Positions 26,492 through 38,817 are shown, numbered from the whole stretch's first letter. The stretch: 63,993 nt of DNA, filler included, from Octopus bimaculoides (GCF_001194135.2; 9 parts of 7 records of this genome joined end to end with filler, not necessarily neighbours in it); one strand, 5' to 3'. Program-made: numbers and translations. Notes: generated from the sequence alone by a model not told the origin.

Positions 26492-26700
26492 AGTCGGCAA
26501 GCTGGGAGAATCCTTCGCACCTCGGATAAAATGCTTAACGGCATTTCTTCCGACTCCTTACGTTCTGTGTTCAAAATTCCACCAAGGTCGACTTTGCCTT
26601 TCATCTTTTGGATGGCAGTAAAATAAGTAAGTACAAGTAAAAAACTGGGGTGAATATAATTGACTTGCCGCTCCCCTCAAAATTGCTGGCCTTGTGCCAT
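26492..26700 (+). mobile_element. SINE family B, diverged
   Basis: GTCGGCAAGCTGGGAGAA...GTGTTCAAAATTCCACCAAGGTCGACTTTGCCTTTCATC...CTGGGGTGAATATAATTGACTT. Confidence 0.7.
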
Positions 26701-27058
26701 AAGTTGAAGCCAATATTTTGACACCATTCTATTAGGTATTATTAACATGAAACAATTTCATTTGTTCACCCATATTAAGCGTGATACCCTGCGTCTACCC
26801 TGCGTTCGTGATACCCTGCGAAAGACTAGTCGATAGCATCGATTTCAGTGCTTAGCAGTTACTTTATTTTATCGAATCTGTTCAGCTGGTAAAGATGTAT
26901 TAAATCGTCTGGATGCAGACATAGGTGAGTGTTTAAGGAGTTTGTTTCGCAATCGCGTAGTTCTGACTTCGACTTCAGTACGCGTGCGCATTGGACAAAT
27001 GTCTTCTAGCATAACTTCGGATGAAAATTAGTTGACGGAATATGTGCGGATACCTCCC

Positions 27059-27102
<44 letters not shown>

Positions 27103-27388
27103 NNNNNNNNNNNNNNNNNNNNNNNNNNNNNNNNNNNNNNNNNNNNNNNNNNNNNNNNNNNNNNNNNNNNNNNNNNNNNNNNNNNNNNNNNNNNNNNNNN
27201 NNNNNNNNNNNNNNNNNNNNNNNNNNNNNNNNNNNNNNNNNNNNNNNNNNNNNNNNNNNNNNNNNNNNNNNNNNNNNNNNNNNNNNNNNNNNNNNNNNNN
27301 NNNNNNNNNNNNNNNNNNNNNNNNNNNNNNNNNNNNNNNNNNNNNNNNNNNNNNNNNNNNNNNNNNNNNNNNNNNNNNNNNNNNNNNN

Positions 27389-27446
<58 letters not shown>

Positions 27447-29278
27447 ACTAAAACCGATTAACCAATCAAAATACTGCTTGAAGTTATGTAAAAATGTGTT
27501 ACATAATTTGCAGAATTACAGATTCATTAATTTCCTTAGCACAGGTGTGCTACTTCACAGCTTCTTATATAAGAAATACTTGGAATTCGCCTCTGGAACT
27601 AAAAAGTGATCCACACGCAGGATCCTTCGTTGATTACGTATCGTTGTTGGATATCTCAACAATCTTGGTTGAGCAAACTGACGCTCAAACCTACGATTCT
27701 TGGTAATAAAGAAAGAGTTCCTCCCTCTCAAGTACAAGAAAGTTGGCTTTTTGTTGTTATCTGGTCCTAAACAAACTTTGAATTACTAGGTTTACTAAGT
27801 TTACACTACGATCCGGCCAAGGTCATCCCATAATTTGTGTATCCGTGGCTAAATTGTCCAGTGTATTCTCTTGTTAAAGCAAACAAGCAAACAGAACAAA
27901 ACAAGACAAAACAAAATCATATTGTTTCATTTGAGGGAAATGTAGCTCGTATATCTAGGAGATCTGACTCCCACGTGGAGGTTTTCGCGTTGGTTCGTTT
28001 TATCGCTTAATCTATCTTACTGTTGTTCTTAAGGGACAAAATCAGAATATCAGCGTGAGAATTATACAACAGCATTTTGATAACCGTGAAAGGTGATGGT
28101 GGTGGTGGTGGTGGTGGTGGTGGTNNNNNNNNNNNNNNNNNNNNNNNNNNNNNNNNNNNNNNNNNNNNTTAATTAATTAANNNNNNNNNNNNNNNNNNNN
28201 NNNNNNNNNNNNNNNNNNNNNNNNTATATATATATATATATATATATATATTACTCATGACAACTGAGTAGAATATGTTTTACTGAGAAGGTTCAATAAA
28301 ACCGAAAAATCCCTGTTATTTTCTGCACAAATCCGTCTACATCGGGTTTATTTTTCTAAATACATTGCTTCACTAATTAAAATTATCTGACTCTTTCACT
28401 TTTGGAAGCTAAACAACCTTAAAGGAAGTTTTCCTTTTCTAATGATATGGATAGTTTCACTTAATGGAACTTTCTTTTCATCACTATATTACTGATTTGA
28501 GGGACCTACCTGATGTGGATATTGAGTACACAAAACAATAACCTTAGTTATTTTTCCTCCAGGTTCTTTGTTGAAGTATCGTCTGATTTTTGCTACGTCG
28601 AAAGTTCGATGAGAAAGTAATGATCTTCCTTTACTCCACCTTAATAGCAGCAAAATAATTTTTAGTCTTCTTTTTTTTAATACAAAATAAAAGAGGATAA
28701 AATAACTTGTTTCTAAAGCATTAAACTAGCTGGAAAAATGACCAGTAATTTCATGATGTACAACGATGAGATCGTATCATTTCACACAAGAATGATTGAA
28801 TTCGTTGCAGCAAGCATTCTTTTAATGTATCAGCTAATTTTTTTTTTGTTTCCACTTTTTTTTTATATATTCTTTGAAAAGCATGAGTCATCTTTTCAGT
28901 TCATTCTTAATGTATGTCTTGTGTCAAGAAACTCGGATTCTTAACGACTTCCGATTCTCGCTCGTAAAAAAAAAATCGTTCATCATTCTGTTATTAGTGT
29001 ACGCATCAGAAGAGACAAATATATACTGAAGAGACACATGCACTCATATACAAAACGGCTTCCCGTCATGTGCATGTGCGTATGCGACTTACACAGCCAT
29101 AGGCGTGTGTGTATGTGCACGTGTGTGTGTGTGTATGTGTGTATGTATGTGTGTGCGTCTGTGTCTGTGTGTCTGTGTGTGTGAGATCATGAACTAGTTA
29201 ACGAGCCTTTGTGGTTTTCCAGGTTGCTGGTAATGGCAACCAAATCGCACCCAAATATCTTGATAAGGAACAGATACT

Positions 29279-29344
29279 TTGTGGTTCCCAAAGTGGGTGG
29301 TATTCCCCCCCCACTCCTACCTGGGGGGCGGTGGAAAGATCTAG
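29279..29344 (+). mobile_element. Possible hAT-Charlie left-end fragment
   Basis: TTGTGGTTCCCAAAGTGGG...CCCC...GGGGGGCGGTGGAAAGATCTAG resembles CAGTGGTTCCCAAA-type termini, from recall. Confidence 0.35.
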
Positions 29345-29544
29345 ATCGGCGTTGAAGAAAAGTGGAACGAGAATGGAGTGGCCAAAATGGGTGATAAAAA
29401 TCAGTATTAATTAGATTAATTAGCTTTGAGGTTTATTTGTGAAATACAGTTGTTTCGCATTTGCTGCAGAAAGTGATCTATATCTGTAGTGGGGAGGGGG
29501 AAGGGGCTAGGAACGTGGCCTGGATACCGAAGGGACACCAGCGC

Positions 29545-29670
29545 GAAGAAGAAGAAGAAGAAGAAGAAGAAGAAGAAGAAGAAGAAGAAGAAGAAGAAAA
29601 AGAAGAAGAAGAAGAAGAAGAAGAAGAAGAAGAAGAAGAAGAAGAAGAAGAAGAAGAAGAAGAAGAAGAA
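29545..29670. repeat. (GAA)n microsatellite, about 42 units
   Basis: Directly visible, with one AAA variant. Source of the poly-E/K/S ORFs. Confidence 0.97.
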
Positions 29671-29699
29671 AGAGACGTATTAATACTCAGTTGATGCTC

Positions 29700-29830
29700 A
29701 ATTATAGCTGAGTATCCTGGAGCAGTGTGAAATGAAGTGCCTTGCTTAAATGTATACATTCTCGGTTCTATTCCTGACAGGAATTGAACCTACAATTTTA
29801 TAATGCTTATCCAATTATCCTAACCACTAT
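29700..29830 (-). mobile_element. Diverged SINE, family C-like
   Basis: GTGCCTTGCTTAA...GGAATTGAACCTACA...CCTAACCACTA is the reverse of a tRNA-like head plus CORE-like segment. Confidence 0.45.
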
Positions 29831-31183
29831 GTCTATTCCTAGATTCTATATATCTGAAAAGCAGACGCTGAACGCTTTTGATCGTAAATCTACTCAATCA
29901 ACGATGGTTGATTCATAAACAATTTTATTATCTCTCTTTTCATTCGTCTCAGCTAACGTTACCGAGACCGTTATAAAATCCGTATTAAAATAAATACACT
30001 TAAGACGAAACAGAAATACCAGCAATGAAGTACATTTCTTGAGATACACTACATCGATGACCCCGACAAGATGAAAAATGAGAAGAAAAGCTAGTAGCTC
30101 ATGAGTAACGTTAGACAACATATAAACTACTGGTCGCTGATTGGTTAGTTACAATTACATGGACGACAACTGTATACAAACATTAAATCAAACAATTGTT
30201 CTTATTTCTTATGTTTTTCATAACGTACGTGAATGTCCTTCTGTCAAACAAAGCTGACTAAAATCGTTCGCGTCGCAGATAATATTTCATAAGAGCGCGA
30301 AAGATCGTCAATGCTGGTTGTGGTATTATTTTCAAAGAATTTATACTGTTGTCCTTATCTAAGAAGCCATAAGGATTCTCGGAGCAATACTAACTAAATT
30401 TTTACGACATTGATCCCAATCACCTGCGTCCATGATGCAATTTTCATTCTCGGCTAGAAACATTTCAGTTGACAAGGAAATGCATAGGGACCACAGCAGA
30501 CCATCAACTCCAGGGTACAGGACATTTTTGTGTTTAATTAAAAGAAACCAATATTGAGATATATATAATCAAATAAATAACGGTTGATTCTTATGACATT
30601 AAAATTTCTCAAGATCAAAATATATAACTATGAATAAAAAATAATTTCAAGAACTGGCGTCCTGTCTTCGTGTTTGAGGGCCAAGCTCAGAAAATTGAAG
30701 ATAATTCTTATAATATCCCAGAAGACAATCATATTTATATATTCATATATTGTTCTTATTTTATTTTTTACAAGAATAACATATGTTATGCAAGTGTACA
30801 TCCATGGAATACAAAACAAAAAGAAAGATAAACAGAGTAAAAAAACAAGAATATATGAGTGAAAAAAGTCAAATCTTTACCAAAAATATTGAAGTGGGTG
30901 AGAAAATTTATGTATTTCCAAGAAGCCTGTTTTCCTTAGTGGTTTCAATTCAATGAATTGCAACACATAAAATTATAAATAATCAGAGATAGAAAAAAAT
31001 ATTAATATCAGATTTTTGTGTGTTTTTTCTTTCTTTCTTTCTTTCTTTTTTTTTTTTTTTTTTTTGAAACATTAAATATAATATTATTTAGAAATAAATC
31101 TTGCAAGAATTGTCAATATATACATATATGTGTGTGAGTGTGCATGTGTGTATGACTCTGTGTGTATGTCGATATGTGTATAT

Positions 31184-31226
<43 letters not shown>

Positions 31227-32082
31227 CATATATATCTGTGTGTGTGTGCGTGAGTGGTGTGTGTNNNNNNNNNNNNNNNNNNNNNNNNNNNNNNNNNNNN
31301 NNNNNNNNNNNNNNNNNNNNNNNNNNNNNNNNNNNNNNNNNNNNNNNNNNNNNNNNNNNNNNNNNNNNNNNNNNNNNNNNNNNNNNNNNNNNNNNNNNNN
31401 NNNNNNNNNNNNNNNNNNNNNNNNNNNNNNNNNNNNNNNNNNNNNNNNNNNNNNNNNNNNNNNNNNNNNNNNNNNNNNNNNNNNNNNNNNNNNNNNNNNN
31501 NNNNNNNNNNNNNNNNNNNNNNNNNNNNNNNNNNNNNNNNNNNACACACACACACACACACATATATATACATATATATCGGTGCATACATATACATGTT
31601 TCAATGCAAGCATATTTATACGTGGCAATGTCACATACACACACATACACACAATTTTTTATGCCTGGAGAAAAATATCTCTGTTTATACTTTCAATATT
31701 TTAATATATATATCAGAAAATTAGAACATTGGCGTTGGCAGCGCCAGAATTATATTCTATTCAATAAATTGTATTAACTTTGGTGATTCGCAGTTCCATT
31801 TCAAAATTTCTTTCCCAGTGAATTGGTAATGTTCTTATCAGTAATACGTTCAGGTCAAAAAACCTTCCGACTCACATACATACATACACATACATATATA
31901 TATTTACAAACAGACACTCGCGCGCGCACATACACAGACAGAGATTCGGGCGTGTGTACATATCTATATATACACACACACATACAAACATACATGCATA
32001 CATGCATACATACATACATGCATATATACATTCATACATAAATATATATACACACACACAGATTTGTGTGCATGTACATATC

Positions 32083-32120
<38 letters not shown>

Positions 32121-32140
32121 NNNNNNNNNNTTGATAGGGA

Positions 32141-32490
32141 CAGGTATGGCCGTGTGGTTCCGGGTTCAGTCCCAATGCGTGGCACCGTGATGGAGTGTCT
32201 TCTACTATAGCCGCGAGAAGCCAAACCCTTTAGAGTCGATTTAGTAAACCGTAACTAAAAGACGCCAGTCATATATATGTATGCGTGTGTATGTGTATCA
32301 TTGTGTTTGTGTTGGTCCACCAATACCACTTGACAACCGGTGTTGGTGTGTTTACCTCCCACGTAACTTAGCGGTTCGACGAAAGAGACCGATAAAATAA
32401 GTAGCATGCTTAAAATGAGGACTGTGGGCCGATTCACTCGACTAAATAATTTCCAAGGCTGTGCCCCAGCAAGGGCGCGGCTTAGTGCCT
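32141..32490 (+). mobile_element. SINE family A, near full length with head deletion
   Basis: TGGCCGTGTGGTTCCGGGTTCAGTCCCAATGCGTGGCAC...CTTGACAACCGGTGTTGG...GGCTGTGCCCCAGCA. Confidence 0.8.
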
Positions 32491-32499
32491 GAAGGAAGT

Positions 32500-32690
32500 G
32501 CTTTTATTGCCATGCTGGGGCACAGCCCTGTAAATTATTTAGTCGACTGAATTGGCCCCAGTCCTTTTGAAAACCTGGTACTCAATCTATCGGTCTCTTT
32601 CGTGAAACTTCTATGTTATAGAGATATAAACACTCCAACACCGTTTGTCAAATGGTGGTAGGCAACGAACACAGACAGACACACACACAC
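32500..32690 (-). mobile_element. SINE family A 3' half, inverted relative to the neighbouring copy
   Basis: TGCTGGGGCACAGCC...ATCGGTCTCTTTCGT...CCAACACCGTTTGTCAA is close to the reverse complement of 32326-32471. Confidence 0.8.
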
Positions 32691-32695
32691 TTACA

Positions 32696-32744
<49 letters not shown>

Positions 32745-32750
32745 CATGTG

Positions 32751-32784
<34 letters not shown>

Positions 32785-33143
32785 AATATAAATTGGCGAC
32801 AATATACACATCACACTCTGTATACATACATACATACATACAGAGGCNNNNNNNNNNNNNNNNNNNNNNNNNNNNNNNNNNNNNNNNNNNNNNNNNNNNN
32901 NNNNNNNNNNNNNNNNNNNNNNNNNNNNNNNNNNNNNNNNNNNNNNNNNNNNNNNNNNNNNNNNNNNNNNNNNNNNNNNNNNNNNNNNNNNNNNNNNNNN
33001 NNNNNNNNNNNNNNNNNNNNNNNNNNNNNNNNNNNNNNNNNNNNNNNNNNNNNNNNNNNNNNNNNNNNNNNNNNNNNNNNNNNNNNNNNNNNNNNNNNNN
33101 NNNNNNNNNNNNNNNNNNNNNNNNNNNNNNNNNNNNNNNNNNN

Positions 33144-33445
33144 CATTTGCCCACCTAACTTCCAAAACTGCAACCCCCTTGATTGTTATGTGTGGGGTGC
33201 AGTTGAGCAAGGAACCAACAAAACTCCTTGTAATATCAAAGATGAACTCAAGGCAAGAATTATGGCAGCATTCACCCACTTAAGACTGTGGTTGAAGCCA
33301 ATACGATTTCATTGAATAAACTTACTCTTTAGTATTTCAGGATGTTTTTTATGTAATTTTAGTAAATATATCTGTTAAAATGAGATGTCAGTGTTATTTT
33401 CATTTTTGCGTAATTTAGACGACAGTTTATTTACCATTCCCTGTA
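33144..33445 (+). mobile_element. maT/DD37D-type Tc1-mariner 3' end
   Basis: CPPNFQNCNPLDCYVWGAVEQGTNKTPCNIKDELKARIMAAFT matches WPPNSPDCNPLDYYVWG. Ends CCCTG-TA. The 5' part is in an N gap. Confidence 0.8.
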
Positions 33446-33559
33446 TATGTATACATATCAGCTCATTAAGAATGAAATGTCGGATTTACGTATGCACCAA
33501 ATTTGACAGTCGTTAACTATAATGGCAATTCTTTGTTTAACAACACTGAAGATGTTTAC

Positions 33560-33965
33560 ACTCAAGATTTTTACTCATTGTTCACCAGGGCTCCGACAAT
33601 TATTGGTTCTACTACCACCATTTTCATCGACCTCAACTTTTTAACCTCCCAAGCTAACCGGTCATATATATTGACTATTCTCTCTTCCTTATCGCATACT
33701 TTGTTGTTAGCTGGGCATGCTATATCTATGATCCAACATCGTAAATTAGGCGCAATTAAAATAACCCTCTTACTTTCAAAGATAAGATTCTACCGGAAGA
33801 ACTTCACTATTGATAACACGAGAATCAAAGACTATATCCTCTCAATATGAGTGTTCTTGGGTCTACATTACAATTCTTTATTCAGTGTCTTTGCATAGAA
33901 AAGATGGTTGAGCATCCAATGAAATTTGTTTATTTTCTGATTTCCAATCCGACTGAAATTGACTT
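33560..33965 (-). mobile_element. RLE-type non-LTR retrotransposon (R4/Dong-like) 3' fragment
   Basis: Minus strand from 33741 reads CWIIDIACPANNKVCDKEERIVNIYDRLAWEVKKLRSMKMVVVEPIIVGAL, fitting the restriction-like endonuclease pattern D.A.P...V..KE..K...Y..L..E....V.P...GALG. A weaker CCHC knuckle remnant lies near 33900-33960. Confidence 0.7.
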
Positions 33966-34098
33966 TGACTTACAACGGTTCAGCGTTGATAACTAAAATC
34001 TTAAATTATACACCAACGTCCCATTTACTCATTTCCTCGAATGTGACGTACGCTTATCAATTTATTGCACCGTGCCTATGCAATTTATACAAACATAC

Positions 34099-34139
<41 letters not shown>

Positions 34140-34413
34140 NNNNNNNNNNNNNNNNNNNNNNNNNNNNNNNNNNNNNNNNNNNNNNNNNNNNNNNNNNNNN
34201 NNNNNNNNNNNNNNNNNNNNNNNNNNNNNNNNNNNNNNNNNNNNNNNNNNNNNNNNNNNNNNNNNNNNNNNNNNNNNNNNNNNNNNNNNNNNNNNNNNNN
34301 NNNNNNNNNNNNNNNNNNNNNNNNNNNNNNNNNNNNNNNNNNNNNNNNNNNNNNNNNNNNNNNNNNNNNNNNNNNNNNNNNNNNNNNNNNNNNNNNNNNN
34401 NNNNNNNNNNNNN

Positions 34414-34469
<56 letters not shown>

Positions 34470-34889
34470 TACAATATACATATATACATATATATATATA
34501 ATATATACATATACATACGCGTGCATACACATACAAACATATGTTTATATGTAAGTTTACGTATATGTGTGTGCGCGAGCGAATGTACGAGCGTGTCTGT
34601 GCGTAGCAGGTGGCTTGTGACCGCTACTGTTAGTATATAACGCAATAGACTCTGTTACCAATTCTTGGTGGTGATTAAACAGGTAACACCACCAAGATTA
34701 CCTGTTGAGGAAGGTGATTTTGGACATCCTAAGGGATGGAGAAAAAAAGACAATGGAATGTGGATAAATATTGGAAGATCAACATCTAAAATAACTCTTT
34801 AACTTTTTAACTAGCTTCAGTTTGACAACTGCGACCATGCTGGGGCATCGGCGTTAGCTTCGCTACACCTCCACTACTTAAAACCTCTT

Positions 34890-35300
34890 CTGATATGTGG
34901 CATTTGGTGAATGAGAGTTTGATGGTACCGCCATCATATGTTTCCAGCCGCGAGGTAGGTTCATATGAAGCTCATGACAGCAGGAGATCCAGTTTCGTTT
35001 TTAAAGCCACTCGTATTCACACTATGCTGTTCTATAAGGCTTTTTGGAATGACATTCAAGAATTATGGGGCCTTGAATCCTAAGCTGTTGCAGCGTCTGC
35101 CCCGTATATTGATGGCGATTTTGGATTTGGTGTCCCATTCTGCAATGTGTTTAACTTTCAATGTCAAAGTTTTATACGAGTCCTTCCAGGATTTTCTAGA
35201 TGTTTGTCACTACACATCTCTCCTTCGTTCTAAGGAGTAGAAACTAGACTTTTTCAGTCTCTCCCAGTTGCTAACATGTCACTCTGAATGACTTCGAGTT
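34890..35300 (-). mobile_element. CR1/L2-like LINE ORF2 C-terminal remnant
   Basis: Minus strand reads NWERLKKSSFYSLERRRD...KILEGL...RCNSLGFKAP*FLNVIPKSL, matching YWERLK.L.LYSLERRRER...GP.LFN.LP. Confidence 0.7.
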
Positions 35301-35603
35301 CTGCAGTTAATTTTACACTGTGTAGTAGCCATGGTTGAGAGTAATAATCGAAGCGGCTGACATACGTCTTCCAGAGGACGATCATGGTTCCCTATCCTCT
35401 CGTTCTGAAAGTTCTAAGGATCCATCAAGCCAACCTCCTACATTTTATAGTGCATATGTTATGCATATTTTAGATGCATGCAAAGACTGGATTTTCAGTG
35501 ACTATGTGGAGGAAACAGTTCTATATTTAAGAAATGAGGAATTGTATACACTATTTACATTATTTATATTTGACGGATATTTGTCCTCATCTCGTTTGTT
35601 GTT

Positions 35604-35649
35604 AACACAACGTTTCGGCTGATATACCCATCAGCCTTCATCAGGTGTC
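35604..35649 (-). ncRNA. Minimal type I hammerhead ribozyme motif
   Basis: Minus strand GACAC-CTGATGA-A-GGCTGAT(GGGTAT)ATCAGCC-GAAAC-GTT-GTGTT. 5-bp stem I (one G-U), perfect 7-bp stem II, both core boxes, palindromic ACGT stem III and a GUU cleavage triplet. Confidence 0.7.
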
Positions 35650-35734
35650 TTGGGAAAATTTCGAACCTGGGTACTCTGTCGGTAATGACGACGAGTGTTC
35701 CAGTTGAGACTACCACCGGCCTAGGTGTTAAATT

Positions 35735-35816
<82 letters not shown>

Positions 35817-36696
35817 GCTCATATGCAGTACCAGATAGTGGTTCTCATGGCTTCTCATCTTAACTGAATGGAAGTGTTATCATATACATGTTTTGTCTTG
35901 GTATAAAAGATGGGCTACAGCAAATATTCTGCTTAATACCACAGATTTGCTTGTCAGGTATTTGACCTTAACCAGTTGAGCATGTCCCTTGGTGGCTGAT
36001 GATATGTGCATCTCTGATCACAAGCAGAAATAGTGGGCGAGCATCGTAGCCATGTGTTGAGAGGAATTCTTTGGGGTTTGAATAGTTCACCTCTGGAAAC
36101 GTGAGTGTTTTAATCATCATCCTTAAACAAACCTTATTGAGCTGGATGGGCTACTCGACCTGTAGAAGATTNNNNNNNNNNNNNNNNNNNNNNNNNNNNN
36201 NNNNNNNNNNNNNNNNNNNNNNNNNNNNNNNNNNNNNNNNNNNNNNNNNNNNNNNNNNNNNNNNNNNNNNNNNNNNNNNNNNNNNNNNNNNNNNNNNNNN
36301 NNNNNNNNNNNNNNNNNNNNNNNNNNNNNNNNNNNNNNNNNNNNNNNNNNNNNNNNNNNNNNNNNNNNNNNNNNNNNNNNNNNNNNNNNNNNNNNNNNNN
36401 NNNNNNNNNNNNNNNNNNNNNNNNNNNNNNNNNNNNNNNNNNNNNNNNNNNNNNNNNNNNNNNNNNNNNNNNNNNNNNNNNNNNNNNNNNNNNNNNNNNN
36501 NNNNNNNNNNNNNNNNNNNNNNNNNNNNNNNNNNNNNNNNNNNNNNNNNNNNNNNNNNNNNNNNNNNNNNNNNNNNNNNNNNNNNNNNNNNNNNNNNNNN
36601 NNNNNNNNNNNNNNNNNNNNNNNNNNNNNNNNNNNNNNNNNNNNNNNNNNNNNNNNNNNNNNNNNNNNNNNNNNNNNNNNNNNNNNNNNNNNNNNN

Positions 36697-36757
<61 letters not shown>

Positions 36758-37808
36758 GTCGTCGTCGTCATCATCATCATCATCATCATCATCGTCTCCG
36801 TTGGTATCATCAGCATCAGCGACATCAACCTCATCATCGACGTCGCCGCCACCGCTGTTATCGTTGTCGCCGTCCAAACACCCTAAATACGTTGTGTCCC
36901 TTAAAGACACTGTGTCTGAAAAAAAAAGTTAGGTTGGTCATTAGTGAAACGTTCTTTGATCATAAATCCGCTTCGTTTGCACTGACCTGGGGCTAAGCTA
37001 CAACAACAACAACAACAACAAATATAATCATCTTTATCTTGGTCAAGTATATTCCTCCATGTTGTGGTCATCAGAGTTGTTGCTTTTTTTTTCTAATCGT
37101 TGCTCTTGTTTTATTGCTATTGACTATGCCGTTGTAGCTATTGTTGTTGCTTCTATTATTATTGTTCGTGTTCTTCCTCTATCTGCTGCTGCTCCGTTTT
37201 ATCACTTACGTTTGCACTGAAATGTGACCATCCTTACTATATAATTCCTTTATTAAACACCTTTATTAATTCTCAATTACTTTGATAGGCAGTAAATCAG
37301 TTCTGAATTTAGTCGTTTCTCATTGGTTAAGTATGGTCACATGTTCAAATATTTCGCGTGAAGAGAAAACTTACAATTCTTCTACTATTGTCTACAAGAG
37401 GCAGGGAATTGAGTGCAAAGTTACCGTTGTCAATGGTCGATATTCTTCGAAGCTTGTTCAAACCAGCTGAGAGGAACTTTTTATGAAATGTGGTATTTGG
37501 GAGTTAGAATATTGTAACTGGTTTACAAAACAGCCATATCTAGTGTTATGTTTCAGCACATAACAACACAGCAAAGAAATATAGACAGCAAAGAAATATA
37601 CACAAAAAAATAGGTCTTAAATAGATTTAAACCTCCGGAACTTGAAGATATACTTGAAAATATATGGGTGTATATGTAAATAGAAATCGCACGAATAACA
37701 CTTGAAACATTATGATCAAAGGCATGAGGCTAAAATAACATAGAAATACAAGGCGAAAATATAACAATCAAAGAAGTGTGGAATGAAGAATTATGAGCCC
37801 CCAGGGAT

Positions 37809-37897
37809 ATATTTATTAATATTTGGCAGAAGCAATAGAGTGCGAAACTCTCGGAACTTGAGTCACTCTGTTGCTTCTGCTAAACATAAATGAATAT
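37809..37897 (+). other. 89-nt stem-loop (pre-miRNA-like or MITE-derived)
   Basis: Arms 37809-37842 and 37864-37897 give 34 positions: 29 Watson-Crick, 3 G-U and 2 mismatches. The 21-nt loop contains an ACTC/GAGT inner stem. Confidence 0.8.
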
Positions 37898-37973
37898 TTA
37901 CATATACTCGTATTTTGAGTTCTATTCTTCCTGTTTTCACCAGCATACTTATGTGCATGTATATATATATATA

Positions 37974-38123
37974 CGATGGGCTTCTTTTCCGTCTACCAAA
38001 TCCACTCACAAGGCTTTGGTCGGCCCAAGGCTATAGCAGAAGACACTTGCCCTAGGTGCCACACACTGGGACGGAACTCGGAACAATGTGGTTGGGAAGC
38101 AAGCTTCTTACCACAGAGCCACT
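37974..38123 (-). mobile_element. SINE family A 5' half
   Basis: TACGATGGGCTTC...CCAAATCCACTCACAAGGCTTTGGTCGGCCC...TGGTTGGGAAGCAAGCTTCTTACCACAGAGCCAC. Confidence 0.85.
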
Positions 38124-38134
38124 ACAAATTCTTT

Positions 38135-38258
38135 TATTCTGTTACTTGTTTCAGTCGTTTGACTGCGGTCATGCTAGAGCACCGCCTTTAGTCAAGTAAA
38201 TTCTTTGTAAATCTAGTACTTATTCTGTCGGTCCCTTTTGCCGAAACGCTTCAGTGGC
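38135..38258 (-). mobile_element. SINE family A 3' half
   Basis: TTACTTGTTTCAGTCGTTTGACTGCGGTCATGCTAGAGCACCGCCTTT...CTAGTACTTATTCTGTCGGTCCCTTTTGCCGAA. Confidence 0.8.
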
Positions 38259-38508
38259 TGAATAACATCTTATAGCTTCATCAGAGCGTCCAATATGAAA
38301 CTCAACTGCGCGTCGAAGGCTTCCTATTGCAGAAACATCTGTTAGCTACTGAAGTTCATAAGTTCATTTATTCCTTTGTCCTTTTTTTTTTCTTGTTACT
38401 GCTCAGTACTCAGCCAACACCTCGTTCTGCAACATACGAATATTCAGTCCTACATTGGGTCATTGGTTTCGCAATAACATATGTAGATAGATTGAAACAT
38501 ATTGAGAC

Positions 38509-38551
<43 letters not shown>

Positions 38552-38580
38552 CAGATAGAGAGATAGACAGACAGATAGAC

Positions 38581-38625
<45 letters not shown>

Positions 38626-38769
38626 CATACATACATACATACATAGATATATATATATCATCATAAATATACAGGGATTAGCAATTGAGTTGCTTCTCCA
38701 ACATACTGAAAATTTAGAAATAGCAGTCAAAGAACTACTGATTCATTCTTGTATATTTTATATTCTTGT

Positions 38770-38817
<48 letters not shown>

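Noticed and set aside
27480-27737. Coding-like stretch with short ORFs on both strands
   Set aside because: No motif I could assign. It may be a decayed transposon gene but is unsupported.
30130-30320. CCAAT box (reverse) and CpG-rich patch suggesting a promoter
   Set aside because: No linked exon, and such motifs are common in the unmethylated repeats here.
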